Source: an uncultured virus (IMG/VR IMGVR_UViG_3300046692_000582)
Lineage: Duplodnaviria > Heunggongvirae > Uroviricota > Caudoviricetes
Strand: one strand, 5' to 3'
Length of the DNA: 64,000 nt
Virus record (IMG/VR): IMGVR_UViG_3300046692_000582
Shown: positions 19,345-28,241 of the stretch, piece by piece
How positions within the stretch are numbered: position 1 is the stretch's first letter
How the letters are laid out: every line of letters starts with the position of its first letter
Notes under the pieces: model-generated
Database searches by the model: none
Seen by the model: the letters and a program-made list of their open reading frames with translations, nothing else
Told to the model about the DNA's origin: nothing
Position numbers and translations under genes: made by a program

Positions 19345-19755
19345 TTACACGTTCGTTTTTGGGTACATGTAAATCAGATCCCATTCTTGGAAGCCCTGGT
19401 CAACAACGGGATCCACCCATTTGGTGTTGAGGGGATGAATGTGAACAGGTACGTCACCGAGGTAGCCTGTGAGGCCTGTATGCTTACGTTCACGGCCCTT
19501 TTCGTCGTAAAGTTCCACGCCATCAGCCACTTTGAAGATGTTGTAGAACTTGTTGTCCTGCATGATTCGTGTCAAGAGAGTCGGGCTACCCAGGACAAAG
19601 GTGGCTTTATGACGCAAGGCCTCGCTCAACGTGTTGCCGTTCAGGCCGGTGAACACGCCAATATGATCAGGAGAATTTTTGGCTAGATCTTTAAGCTGGT
19701 ACAGGTGCTGCGCCGCATTGCGCAGATCCGCGATTTTCATGCCTTTAACGTTCAT
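19345..19755 (-). CDS. hypothetical protein
   Basis: 136-aa ORF. Confidence 0.7.
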   Translation of the reverse strand: MNVKGMKIADLRNAAQHLYQLKDLAKNSPDHIGVFTGLNGNTLSEALRHKATFVLGSPTLLTRIMQDNKFYNIFKVADGVELYDEKGRERKHTGLTGYLGDVPVHIHPLNTKWVDPVVDQGFQEWDLIYMYPKTNV

Positions 19756-19841
19756 GAATTCATCTCAGCGATTAAATGTTTGTTCTTTCAAGATCGATCA
19801 TTTCGACCGATCTTGAATTGTCAGCGTTACGAAGATTGCGA

Positions 19842-20609
19842 TTAGGCCGTTTGGGCTGACCAGTTGACCGCTTTGTCGAAGTCTTCCTGGCTCATCTGTA
19901 CGCCGACTCGGCAGATGCGCAAGAAGGCCGAACGAGCTTCATCTGGCGTGGCGTTTTCGATGACGGTAATCGCCGTTCGCGCATCACGGAAGGCGTCAGC
20001 GCACTTGTCATGAAATTTGATCATGTCTTCAACCTGATCTTCGGGATAACCCTTCACATTTGTCCACATATCCCAAGATTTTCGAATCAAGTTCATGTTC
20101 ACGCTATGAGCGTTGGGTTGGCAGGAAAGGAGGCTCCAGGCTGGTAGGCGAAGGCCGACATCAGCTTCGGCCACGGGCACAAATTTGATCGAGCGGCTTT
20201 CATAGTCAAGCACCAGTCTTTGACCGCTCAGCCATGTCGCTGTTTCCGCAACCCCGACCTCAAAGGTCAGGTTGTTGAAGTCGGCGTTCATCAGCCACGC
20301 CAGAGTCGCCAATCGGTTCTGGCCATCGAGCAGTAGCTGAGTGGGGGTGTAGGCCTTGCCGCTATCGTCTTGCGCCAGCACCGGTCCCAGACGACCTTTG
20401 GCGACCTTGCTCAGATCAGCCTTGGGACCGGGCTCCCACAGAAGGAAAGAGCCTACCGGAAAGCCGGACAGGATCGAATCGCACAGCGCTTCAACATCGT
20501 CCTTAAGCCACACATATGGACGCTGCATGGCTGCTGGCAGCATGCGACCCTGCATGGCATCGGTGAGCAGCGAAAGCAGGAAGCAGGTGGTTTGAGTGAT
20601 GCGCATCAA
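19842..20609 (-). CDS. DUF262 (GmrS-like, ParB/Srx fold) stand-alone protein
   Basis: QRPYVW, DSILSGFPVGSFLLW, LLLDGQNRLATL motifs. Confidence 0.85.
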   Translation of the reverse strand: MMRITQTTCFLLSLLTDAMQGRMLPAAMQRPYVWLKDDVEALCDSILSGFPVGSFLLWEPGPKADLSKVAKGRLGPVLAQDDSGKAYTPTQLLLDGQNRLATLAWLMNADFNNLTFEVGVAETATWLSGQRLVLDYESRSIKFVPVAEADVGLRLPAWSLLSCQPNAHSVNMNLIRKSWDMWTNVKGYPEDQVEDMIKFHDKCADAFRDARTAITVIENATPDEARSAFLRICRVGVQMSQEDFDKAVNWSAQTA

Positions 20610-20718
20610 GGGCTTCCTTAAGCTTTGAGTCAGGCCCGCAGGCTGACTTTAAAAATGAACAGACTTGGCTCCGAGGAGTCGCGGTACGAGAGCTGACTCA
20701 CCCTCCATCATGACTCAT

Positions 20719-20943
20719 TTACTTCAAGCCTAGGGCGCGCAGTGGACGGACGATCAGCAGGTCGATGCGGATGTTGGCCATCAGGTTCTTGATCACATTC
20801 ACGGCTTCGGCAGAATATGTCAGCTCGCCGGATTTGCGCATTTGGGCGGCAATGCGACGCAGCTCTTCTGCGCGGGCCTCGCACTCGCGAACCATGCCAT
20901 CAATGACTTCTGCGGTGTCTTCAACATTCACTTCGGTGCTCAT
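20719..20943 (-). CDS. small hypothetical protein
   Basis: AAGGA RBS; operator TGTCAatgcaatTGACA at 21008-21024 upstream. Confidence 0.7.
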   Translation of the reverse strand: MSTEVNVEDTAEVIDGMVRECEARAEELRRIAAQMRKSGELTYSAEAVNVIKNLMANIRIDLLIVRPLRALGLK

Positions 20944-21028
20944 TGGGTATTCCTTGTTCGAGAGGTTCTTCACTTGATGGCGTCATTTTACGTAATATTT
21001 GCCGCACTGTCAATGCAATTGACATCTT

Positions 21029-21358
21029 TTATTCTTTGTTGATGCTGCGTGAATACCAGGAGGGATTCCTGCTTAATGGATGTGAATTACTGTGCTCTAC
21101 ACCACCAAATCCCTTCATGGGTTTGATGAGCGGATGCGAATATCGATGTTTGCTCGCCATGCCACCAAACCCTTTCATCGGTTTGGAACCAAGCGGCTTT
21201 GGCCCCTTGTAAATACTCGCCTTTGGCAGGAGGCGGCTTCCATCCTGGCATGCCTGAAAGTCACGCTTTGCGGCGTTATCAGGCAAGGCGAAGCTTGGCG
21301 TAATGATGAGCGACAGCGCGGTCGCTAGTAGAATCTTTTTCAAGGTGTTTCCCGACAA
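21029..21358 (-). CDS. small exported protein with a duplicated KPMKGFGG...SHPL repeat
   Basis: Signal peptide; 20-aa (60-bp) internal repeat. Confidence 0.65.
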   Translation of the reverse strand: MSGNTLKKILLATALSLIITPSFALPDNAAKRDFQACQDGSRLLPKASIYKGPKPLGSKPMKGFGGMASKHRYSHPLIKPMKGFGGVEHSNSHPLSRNPSWYSRSINKE

Positions 21359-21673
21359 AGTAATGGTTCAGAGGTGATATCGATAATTCTAATCAAAAAT
21401 ACACTAATGTCAATGCCAGTGTCATTTACTTGCATCAATAAAATTTGACTCATCCACATTTTTATATATATTATCTTATCAATTATAGCATTCGCACCAC
21501 TTATTACTCTTATGGCAGCCAGAAGCAATTTATGCGCAATCTAGATGATCATGTAATGCCGCCCTCACTGACTCGGTTAGGGTTATCCCTGCAAAACTGG
21601 TGCGATTCTGATTTATCTTTGAGATTACCCACTAGAAATTTAATTTAGCGCCAGTAAAGGCCGGAAGTAATTT

Positions 21674-22228
21674 ATGACTGATAAGCAAAGCGAAACTTAT
21701 TTTGACTCGCTTAAGTGCAAAAGAAAACAACCTCAAAAACCAAGATCAAATCTTGCGTTATCGCTGAGCTGCGCCATGCGGTTGGCGGTGCTTGTTCTTG
21801 GCGCTGTTGTTGTTTATCAGCTTCAGGTTTTTTTTATTCAACTTGGCGCCTACCTACTGACCGGGATATATGCGCTGTCAGATGCGTATAACTCTGAAAG
21901 AATGCATGCTTTCGCTTGCTCATTAAGATGGTTGCTCCCTGTCTGCACCTTAGTTTGCTCGTGGGCACTTTGCGTTATAGTTAAACTCGAAAAGCGTGCA
22001 GATAACTATGGATTCTTTAAAGTTATTTCCTATTCATATTATATCGCGACAACTGTCGGGGGGCTCGCAACGATTGTGTGGGCTCAACACTGTGAGTTGC
22101 CCACCAATAATTTCAATTGGGGATTCCAACTGTTACTCACGTACCTTTCATTCCTAATTACAGCTTATGTATTGGCCATGAGAGCTGAGATGCGAGCAGT
22201 CGTTTCTCAAGCTGCTTCGGATACATAA
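21674..22228 (+). CDS. membrane protein
   Basis: About four hydrophobic helices; layout like 2210/2813/22271. Confidence 0.75.
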   Translation: MTDKQSETYFDSLKCKRKQPQKPRSNLALSLSCAMRLAVLVLGAVVVYQLQVFFIQLGAYLLTGIYALSDAYNSERMHAFACSLRWLLPVCTLVCSWALCVIVKLEKRADNYGFFKVISYSYYIATTVGGLATIVWAQHCELPTNNFNWGFQLLLTYLSFLITAYVLAMRAEMRAVVSQAASDT

Positions 22229-22270
22229 TACGTTTGCTGTGTTTAATTAATCCATTTCAATAACTAAATA

Positions 22271-22783
22271 GTGAATCCGAAAATGCGGTCTACAAAAACT
22301 TATACACCTCGTGAGGCGTGTATCAATTGCGCCATTAACCTCCTCTTGGCTGGTGTTGTCCTGGGTCTAGTCGCTTATTTTCATGAGGCTTTATTCAGCG
22401 GCCTACAGTTCGTTTGGGAGGTGATTTGCAGCGTCGGAACTGTGATGGCATCTTATTCGCGGATTTGGGGTTCATTGATCTTTGTCACGATGGCGCTGAC
22501 TCTTTGGTGTGGCTGTGTGGTGTATAAACTGTCTGGGCAGCCCGAACACAATGATTTTCGATATAACATGTGCTTATTTCAGATTCTTTCTACTGTGAGT
22601 GGAATGGCCCTTTACTTCGCGTATGCCGCTTGCCTCCCTGCGCATTCAGCACAAAATGACAGAATTTTACTGGCCGGTACATTGAACATGTACTTGATTA
22701 CCGGATTTTTTCCTCTTTTCAATGTTATGGTAGAGATTGAACAGGCTAGAAAGGATAAATCCGAGGAAGATCCTTCTGCTTAA
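22271..22783 (+). CDS. membrane protein
   Basis: About four hydrophobic helices; followed by terminator. Confidence 0.75.
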   Translation: MNPKMRSTKTYTPREACINCAINLLLAGVVLGLVAYFHEALFSGLQFVWEVICSVGTVMASYSRIWGSLIFVTMALTLWCGCVVYKLSGQPEHNDFRYNMCLFQILSTVSGMALYFAYAACLPAHSAQNDRILLAGTLNMYLITGFFPLFNVMVEIEQARKDKSEEDPSA

Positions 22784-22812
22784 CACATTGTTTGGGTGAA
22801 AACTCAATGCAT

Positions 22813-22845
22813 AAAAAAGCCCCTGATGCACTCAGGGGCTTTTTT
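22813..22845. terminator. bidirectional intrinsic terminator
   Basis: AAAAAAGCCCCTGA-tgcac-TCAGGGGCTTTTTT. Confidence 0.8.
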
Positions 22846-22857
22846 GTTTTGCGATAA

Positions 22858-23346
22858 TTAAATGAATTGTTCGTTGTCTCTCTGACCAAGAAAAATCAGC
22901 GCCGGGTCACTATCTAGCGGTGTCAGTGGCTGCGCGTTCCCGTTCTTATGGATGGGGAATCGCGCCCACACAAATGTTCCGAGAACATCAAAGGCCACCA
23001 TCTCTCCCAGGGCTGCGAGTTCTCCTCCCAGCCATTCGGAAACAGTCACATACTCGCTGGCGCTGTTGTACTCAATCGGCAGGCTTTTGAGGCTGCACAA
23101 CTCCTTCCAGTTAGTGCAATAAAACAGGTCTTCCTCATTGCGCGCTTCGCAGACCCAGTGAAAGCAAGGATTGCCGTCGCTATCAATTACACTTTTCCAC
23201 CCCGCAAGCTCGGCAGATCGCTGATAGTCTGCTTGTTTGCTGATGGCTTCAATTTTTTGATATTTTATTTCGGCCTGGAGAAATTCAGCAATGGAATCTG
23301 TGACATTGCGATGTACGTGCAGGGCAATTAGCGCTTGGACGGGCAT
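22858..23346 (-). CDS. hypothetical protein (paralog of 23786-24241)
   Basis: ALHV..NVT; EY..VSEWLG..L...GE.VA....G..VWARF. Confidence 0.8.
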   Translation of the reverse strand: MPVQALIALHVHRNVTDSIAEFLQAEIKYQKIEAISKQADYQRSAELAGWKSVIDSDGNPCFHWVCEARNEEDLFYCTNWKELCSLKSLPIEYNSASEYVTVSEWLGGELAALGEMVAFDVLGTFVWARFPIHKNGNAQPLTPLDSDPALIFLGQRDNEQFI

Positions 23347-23453
23347 GAAGAGATCTCCTGGAATATGAGTACAGTTTAGCCCACCACCAAGATCGCGTCA
23401 ATTGCACTGACATTTAATTTTACAGGGAGAGGCTGTCCTCCCCCTTTGCACAA

Positions 23454-23720
23454 TCAATAAAATTGGGTGACGCTGCCATCTGAAACGCGACACCAGTGCG
23501 CTGGTGAATAGCCCAGCTCTTTGGCTCGTGCTCTTGCCCCTAGTGGCGTGACGATTCCCGGTCCCAGGTCAACGAAGTCGACATCGCGCTCGTTAACTTT
23601 CAGGCGCAGATAAAACGCCTTGTCAGGATGGCGACGGCCAAAATCCGTATCCTCCATCATGATGACTTGGTCGGGTATGTCAGCCGGAGGGGTGCAGTCG
23701 GTGGTGTTTTCTTTGGACAT
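23454..23720 (-). CDS. hypothetical protein
   Basis: Start MSKENT after GGGA. Confidence 0.65.
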   Translation of the reverse strand: MSKENTTDCTPPADIPDQVIMMEDTDFGRRHPDKAFYLRLKVNERDVDFVDLGPGIVTPLGARARAKELGYSPAHWCRVSDGSVTQFY

Positions 23721-23785
23721 GGAGAATCCCTGCTTGGGTGTGTGACAAGGGTGAAGTGTATCACCCTTCCCTGAATGGCTCCGCG

Positions 23786-24241
23786 TTACAACCACTGCCC
23801 GGCGATGTCTTCGATAACAGAATCCATATGGACGCCTTGGCCACTGCCGAAGCGAGCCCATACGTTCATACCGTACAGATTGATGGCCACCTTTTCGCCA
23901 CGCCCTTTAAGGTTACGGCCCAGGGCTTCGCTTACGGCGTAGTACTCCATTGCTTCGGATTCGTGGGGCTCGATATCTTGCTCCTCGCACAGCTGCTGGT
24001 AGTTGTCAGCGAAGCTTGCTGCATCCGTATTGATGTTCACATAGGTGGGATTAACATCGCCCTGGATGTCAACTTGGCCGCTGTACACTTCCCAGCCTTC
24101 ATCGGTTGCCGCCGCTTCAAAATCTTGCGAGATCGAGATCCTGTCAATCGCGTGCTCGCCGTCACTGACCTCGCGCAGATGATTGATCAACTGCGTGATG
24201 TTGAGGTTTACGTGCAGGGCAACCACTTCTTTCGGCGTCAT
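23786..24241 (-). CDS. hypothetical protein (paralog of 22858-23346)
   Basis: GGAG RBS; promoter TTGACA-17-TACAAT 24267-24295. Confidence 0.8.
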   Translation of the reverse strand: MTPKEVVALHVNLNITQLINHLREVSDGEHAIDRISISQDFEAAATDEGWEVYSGQVDIQGDVNPTYVNINTDAASFADNYQQLCEEQDIEPHESEAMEYYAVSEALGRNLKGRGEKVAINLYGMNVWARFGSGQGVHMDSVIEDIAGQWL

Positions 24242-24304
24242 CTTGATTCTCCGTGAGTATGGGAGAATTGTACGGACAATCAAAGTTGATGTCAATGTGA
24301 TTGA

Positions 24305-24619
24305 CTATATTTTGTCGGATTGAACATGCGACTCGATAAGTCGCTGGCATGCGCGGTGTGATGAGTTTGGCAGAGTGCCTTGAAATTTATTAGGGGAAGC
24401 GTGGAAGTCTCGAACACCGCACTCTCGGCATCGACCGCCGTTGAATCGCACAAGCAGCATCATGCTGCGTTCACCGTAACAAACAAAGCACTTCTGGCAC
24501 TGTTGGCTCTGACCAACGAGTGGCTTTCGCGTCAGCGCGTCGTCGACCCGTGGCAGCTCGACTTTTAGGAATGGGATTGTTGTGCCAGCTTTGATGATAG
24601 CACCCTTGGTATAAAACAT
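24305..24619 (-). CDS. hypothetical Cys-rich protein
   Basis: CxxC motifs. Confidence 0.45.
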   Translation of the reverse strand: MFYTKGAIIKAGTTIPFLKVELPRVDDALTRKPLVGQSQQCQKCFVCYGERSMMLLVRFNGGRCRECGVRDFHASPNKFQGTLPNSSHRACQRLIESHVQSDKI

Positions 24620-24687
24620 GAGCGGCTTGCCTGAATTCGTTACAGTGCAGATTACAAAGTTTTTCTTATTAAATCAATAATATAAAC

Positions 24688-25089
24688 TCAATTCGTTAGC
24701 CAGAACATAAGATCCAGGCCTGCCTGCACCATGGCATAGTCCAACTTCTTTTCTTTTCCCATGCTGTTTACTTGTGCCCAGCCCAGATCACTCTTGAAGT
24801 TGTTTCCATGCTTGGTCTGGTGCACTGTTAACACCTGTTTAAAGACATACTGCTGGAGCGCCAGCGATGAAAAGCGCCCCTCATGACTTATTGATCCATT
24901 CTCGATCCCTTTTTTGAGGTCGCTTAACATCCTGAATTGCCCATACGCCATCACTTCCGCTTCGCCCAAGCTTTTCAGCTGCTCAAGCCCTTGGTGAGCT
25001 GAAAAGCCGAATTGCGCCTCGCAGGCTTTGATGTTGAGCGTGCAAAGGGCTAGGAAAGAGTGGCGATCCAGCCGATAACGATCAGGCAT
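24688..25089 (-). CDS. hypothetical protein (paralog of 9072-9476)
   Basis: GGAG RBS; GWAQV...KLDYA. Confidence 0.75.
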   Translation of the reverse strand: MPDRYRLDRHSFLALCTLNIKACEAQFGFSAHQGLEQLKSLGEAEVMAYGQFRMLSDLKKGIENGSISHEGRFSSLALQQYVFKQVLTVHQTKHGNNFKSDLGWAQVNSMGKEKKLDYAMVQAGLDLMFWLTN

Positions 25090-25279
25090 GACTTGTCTCC
25101 GATTTTTATTATTTCGGAGCAGTATACCAGCCGCATGGGGAGATTTTTTGACGGGATAATATGAAAATTATTAAGACGATCAGTTGCTTATCGAATAACG
25201 CCGAAACTCAAATGATCCGTATATGAATCACAAGGCGGGCTCATGACTCATATACGGGTCGGCAAGAGGCTTGCTGCAC

Positions 25280-25507
25280 TTAACTGTCTTCCGGCGCCAG
25301 GGTGTGCCACTTAACCCGGTATCCGTCTTTGTACAAACGGTCGAAGACTGCCTGCTGGGCCAGCGCTGTTGGGATGAAGATGCCGCAGGCATATTCAGCC
25401 GACACGGCATACAGATCATCCAGGCGATACTGAGGTGGAATTGCTTTGATCAGTGCTCCGTGAGGATCATAAATCACGCAAACTCGAATCGGATTGGTTT
25501 CCATCAA
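25280..25507 (-). CDS. small hypothetical protein
   Basis: Overlaps the stop of the upstream gene. Confidence 0.6.
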   Translation of the reverse strand: MMETNPIRVCVIYDPHGALIKAIPPQYRLDDLYAVSAEYACGIFIPTALAQQAVFDRLYKDGYRVKWHTLAPEDS

Positions 25508-25818
25508 TGCTGACCTTTGGTTTCGGCAAGAAGGTCGTCGATGGAGTGCTCAACCACTTGACGGTTGCTTTCGGCATGAAGCTCTGTTTTTACCCATTGC
25601 TGGTAGAGCTGTCGAACTTCCTGGAGGGCGCTCTCGCGAATAGCTTCGTCGGTGCAGAGCCAGTGCGGAGTCGTGGGATTGCGAGCCTGAAAGATCAGCG
25701 AGGCTACAAAACTTTCCATCGTCAGTTCTGGGTGCGATGGGGAGCCTTGATCGTTGCTTTGGTTATCCATGCTTTGTCTCATTGCCTGTGGATGTTTAAT
25801 GGTTTCAGCCTCTGCCAT
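25504..25818 (-). CDS. hypothetical protein
   Basis: 104-aa ORF in an operon. Confidence 0.65.
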   Translation of the reverse strand: MAEAETIKHPQAMRQSMDNQSNDQGSPSHPELTMESFVASLIFQARNPTTPHWLCTDEAIRESALQEVRQLYQQWVKTELHAESNRQVVEHSIDDLLAETKGQH

Positions 25819-25875
25819 ATCTCATGACTGAGAGCACAGTGGCTGGAACAGAGTCATTTGGCGTTGTCATTTGAA

Positions 25876-26070
25876 TCAGCAGTAATCGCTTTGCCAGAAT
25901 TGATTTTCCAGCTCCACGCCCGCCGTATAGAAAGACCAGAGATGCGCTACTTGAGCATCTTTATAGTCACAATGGCCATTCTTGCCTTTCGCAATCGACA
26001 GCCCCTGCTTCAAGCACATGCCTTCGAATTTCTCGACATGGTCTGCTCGTTGATCGACCCAGGAAGTCAT
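25876..26070 (-). CDS. small hypothetical protein
   Basis: AAGG RBS. Confidence 0.6.
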   Translation of the reverse strand: MTSWVDQRADHVEKFEGMCLKQGLSIAKGKNGHCDYKDAQVAHLWSFYTAGVELENQFWQSDYC

Positions 26071-26083
26071 AATGGTGGCCTTA

Positions 26084-26422
26084 TTATTCGGGAATCAGAT
26101 TTTCGATCTGTTCGATGTCTTGAAGGGTCATGCCTGCCGGAAGATGGTATTGACGGGCAATACGGTGCTGCAAATTTTGCCATCTTTTGTCCAGAAGAAC
26201 CATTGCATCGTAGACTTCTTGGGACGGATACAGCTGAGCTGCTGCCCCCATAGTTGTCTGCTGGCGACCTGTTTCTTTGAAAAACTTGCTGGAGCCAATG
26301 TGCAAAATGGTGCGACCGACCTTATCAATGGTCACTTCACTTTTCCGGCGTTGAGCGACCAAATACACAGTATCGCCTTCTTTCAGATCGTTGAGCCATT
26401 GAGTGCTGGTTTGCTGTGACAT
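26084..26422 (-). CDS. hypothetical protein (LKEGDTVY beta-barrel-like N-terminus)
   Basis: AGGAG RBS; promoter/operator 26448-26486. Confidence 0.75.
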   Translation of the reverse strand: MSQQTSTQWLNDLKEGDTVYLVAQRRKSEVTIDKVGRTILHIGSSKFFKETGRQQTTMGAAAQLYPSQEVYDAMVLLDKRWQNLQHRIARQYHLPAGMTLQDIEQIENLIPE

Positions 26423-26570
26423 TGGTACTCTCCTGTTCGATGTGACAATTATAGCGAATGAAAACATATTGTCAATACAATTGACACTCTTATGAGGACT
26501 TGCTTGTTTGAAACCCTCCATTTCCTCAATGAAAAACCGCCCGAAGGCGGCTTCAGTTGATCTGAAGGGA

Positions 26571-28037
26571 TCAGTGCCCGCCATGACCCTGGCACACGAT
26601 ACTGCAATAAGTGCCGGTATTGCTTTGATTTACCGTTTGGCCAATCGTTTGTGTTTCAGTAACCGCCCCGCCGTTATTAATGACTTGGCCTGTGGTTGTT
26701 TCATAGAGGCGATCTTGACGCGATCTGGCTTGGTTCAAATAGCACGTGGCGCTTTGGGTGAATACTACGCCTTGGGTAACGGTGCTCGGATCTGGCGTCC
26801 AGGCGGAGCAGCTGTAATATCCACTAATATTGTACCAGCCGCCGTAAACGGGAGGGTAATAAGCCCAGGTTTGCTTGGTGCCATAAGCCGTTTTATAGCC
26901 AGTCTGACCACCAACCGTTTGTGTTTCAGTGAAGGCGGCGCCATTGTTGGCGATTGCACCCGTGGTAGTCTCAACCAGACGGTCCTGCCTTGTTCTGCTT
27001 TGATTGACATAGCAGTTTGTGGCGGTTTGAGTGTAAGCTTGATTGATGATCACAGTGCTAGGATCTGGTGACCAGTTAGAACAGCTATAAGCTCCTGATG
27101 TATTGGTCCAGGCCCCATATACTGAGGAGGTTGCAATCCATGTTTCTTTGGTTCCTGTTGCTGTGCGACTGCTGGAAGCGGTGATCGATTGCGATTGATT
27201 CACGCTGCTGGTTTGCACTGTACTGCCGCTCTTATGATCAACATAGCTCTCAGCACGTACGCGAGTTTGTGGTTGCAGGCAGTCCGTGGCGTTTTGTGTG
27301 AACAACTGGCCAATGGTCACGGTAGCCGGATTTGGTGACCAATTGCTGCATGACGTTACAGCGCCATTGTTCGCCCAAGCAGAAATGGCCACTGTGTAGC
27401 TACGAGAAGCATGTTGCTCAGTTAAGGTTTGATTTTCAGTGACTGGCGCTCCATTATTTCTAACTTCTTCGGTGTACTTTTCTTGCTCTCTATCTTGACG
27501 CAAACGTTCTTGATCAGTTTTGCAAGTGCTGCTGTTTTGTGTAAAGTTGGTCGTTACCGTGTAAACAGCAGGATCCGGACTCCATGATGTGCAGCCGTAG
27601 AGTGCATTCGTATCAGCCCAGTTTGAGTAGGTCGGAGTAAATGCACTCCAGTTTTCCAGAATTCCTATTGCGTCACGCGTGTGGGTGGTCGCTATTGTTT
27701 GGGTTTCTTGGTACTCAGCACCTGGAATATTCTCTATTCTTCCAGTTCGCGCATCTTTTTGTTGTGGATAAGCAGTTCTAACCTGATCTTGATTGCAGTC
27801 AGTCGCCGTCTGCGTGAATGCTATGCTTTTTCCAACTGTTGAAGGGGATGGGGACCAATTTTTGCAATTATAATAGTCGCTTTTATCCTTCCAATCATCA
27901 TAAACAATGCCCGCATCTTCCCACTGGTAAGGAACACTTTGTGAAAGGCTGTAGCGATATCTAAACTCCGATGCCTGGGTGCTACCAATTGCTGCTAACA
28001 GCAATAAAGGCATCATTCTTTTGTGCAATATTTTCAT
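26571..28037 (-). CDS. secreted Thr/Trp/Cys-repeat protein (488 aa), putative adhesin
   Basis: Signal peptide; repeats W..W....Y.C..W.P.P.....FTQ....C...Q.R.R. Confidence 0.85.
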   Translation of the reverse strand: MKILHKRMMPLLLLAAIGSTQASEFRYRYSLSQSVPYQWEDAGIVYDDWKDKSDYYNCKNWSPSPSTVGKSIAFTQTATDCNQDQVRTAYPQQKDARTGRIENIPGAEYQETQTIATTHTRDAIGILENWSAFTPTYSNWADTNALYGCTSWSPDPAVYTVTTNFTQNSSTCKTDQERLRQDREQEKYTEEVRNNGAPVTENQTLTEQHASRSYTVAISAWANNGAVTSCSNWSPNPATVTIGQLFTQNATDCLQPQTRVRAESYVDHKSGSTVQTSSVNQSQSITASSSRTATGTKETWIATSSVYGAWTNTSGAYSCSNWSPDPSTVIINQAYTQTATNCYVNQSRTRQDRLVETTTGAIANNGAAFTETQTVGGQTGYKTAYGTKQTWAYYPPVYGGWYNISGYYSCSAWTPDPSTVTQGVVFTQSATCYLNQARSRQDRLYETTTGQVINNGGAVTETQTIGQTVNQSNTGTYCSIVCQGHGGH

Positions 28038-28135
28038 GACAATCTGATTATCCGATTATTATCGTTTTATTCAGTTTATCATTTTTTTAATTAAAAATAA
28101 TTCTCGCAGTCATTACGACTAAAAAATATTAATTA

Positions 28136-28174
28136 ATGTTAAGTGATGTTAAGTGATGTTAAGTGATGTTAAGT
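28136..28174. repeat. 10-bp tandem repeat (ATGTTAAGTG) x ~4
   Basis: Direct reading of the sequence. Confidence 0.9.
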
Positions 28175-28241
28175 AATTACATTTACGAGCCATTTAATTA
28201 CAAAAAAACCGCCCATAAGGCGGTTTTTACTTTACACCAGA

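Noticed and set aside
28136..28174. Possible CRISPR array or replication iterons
   Set aside because: 10-bp units with no spacers, and no cas or rep gene nearby
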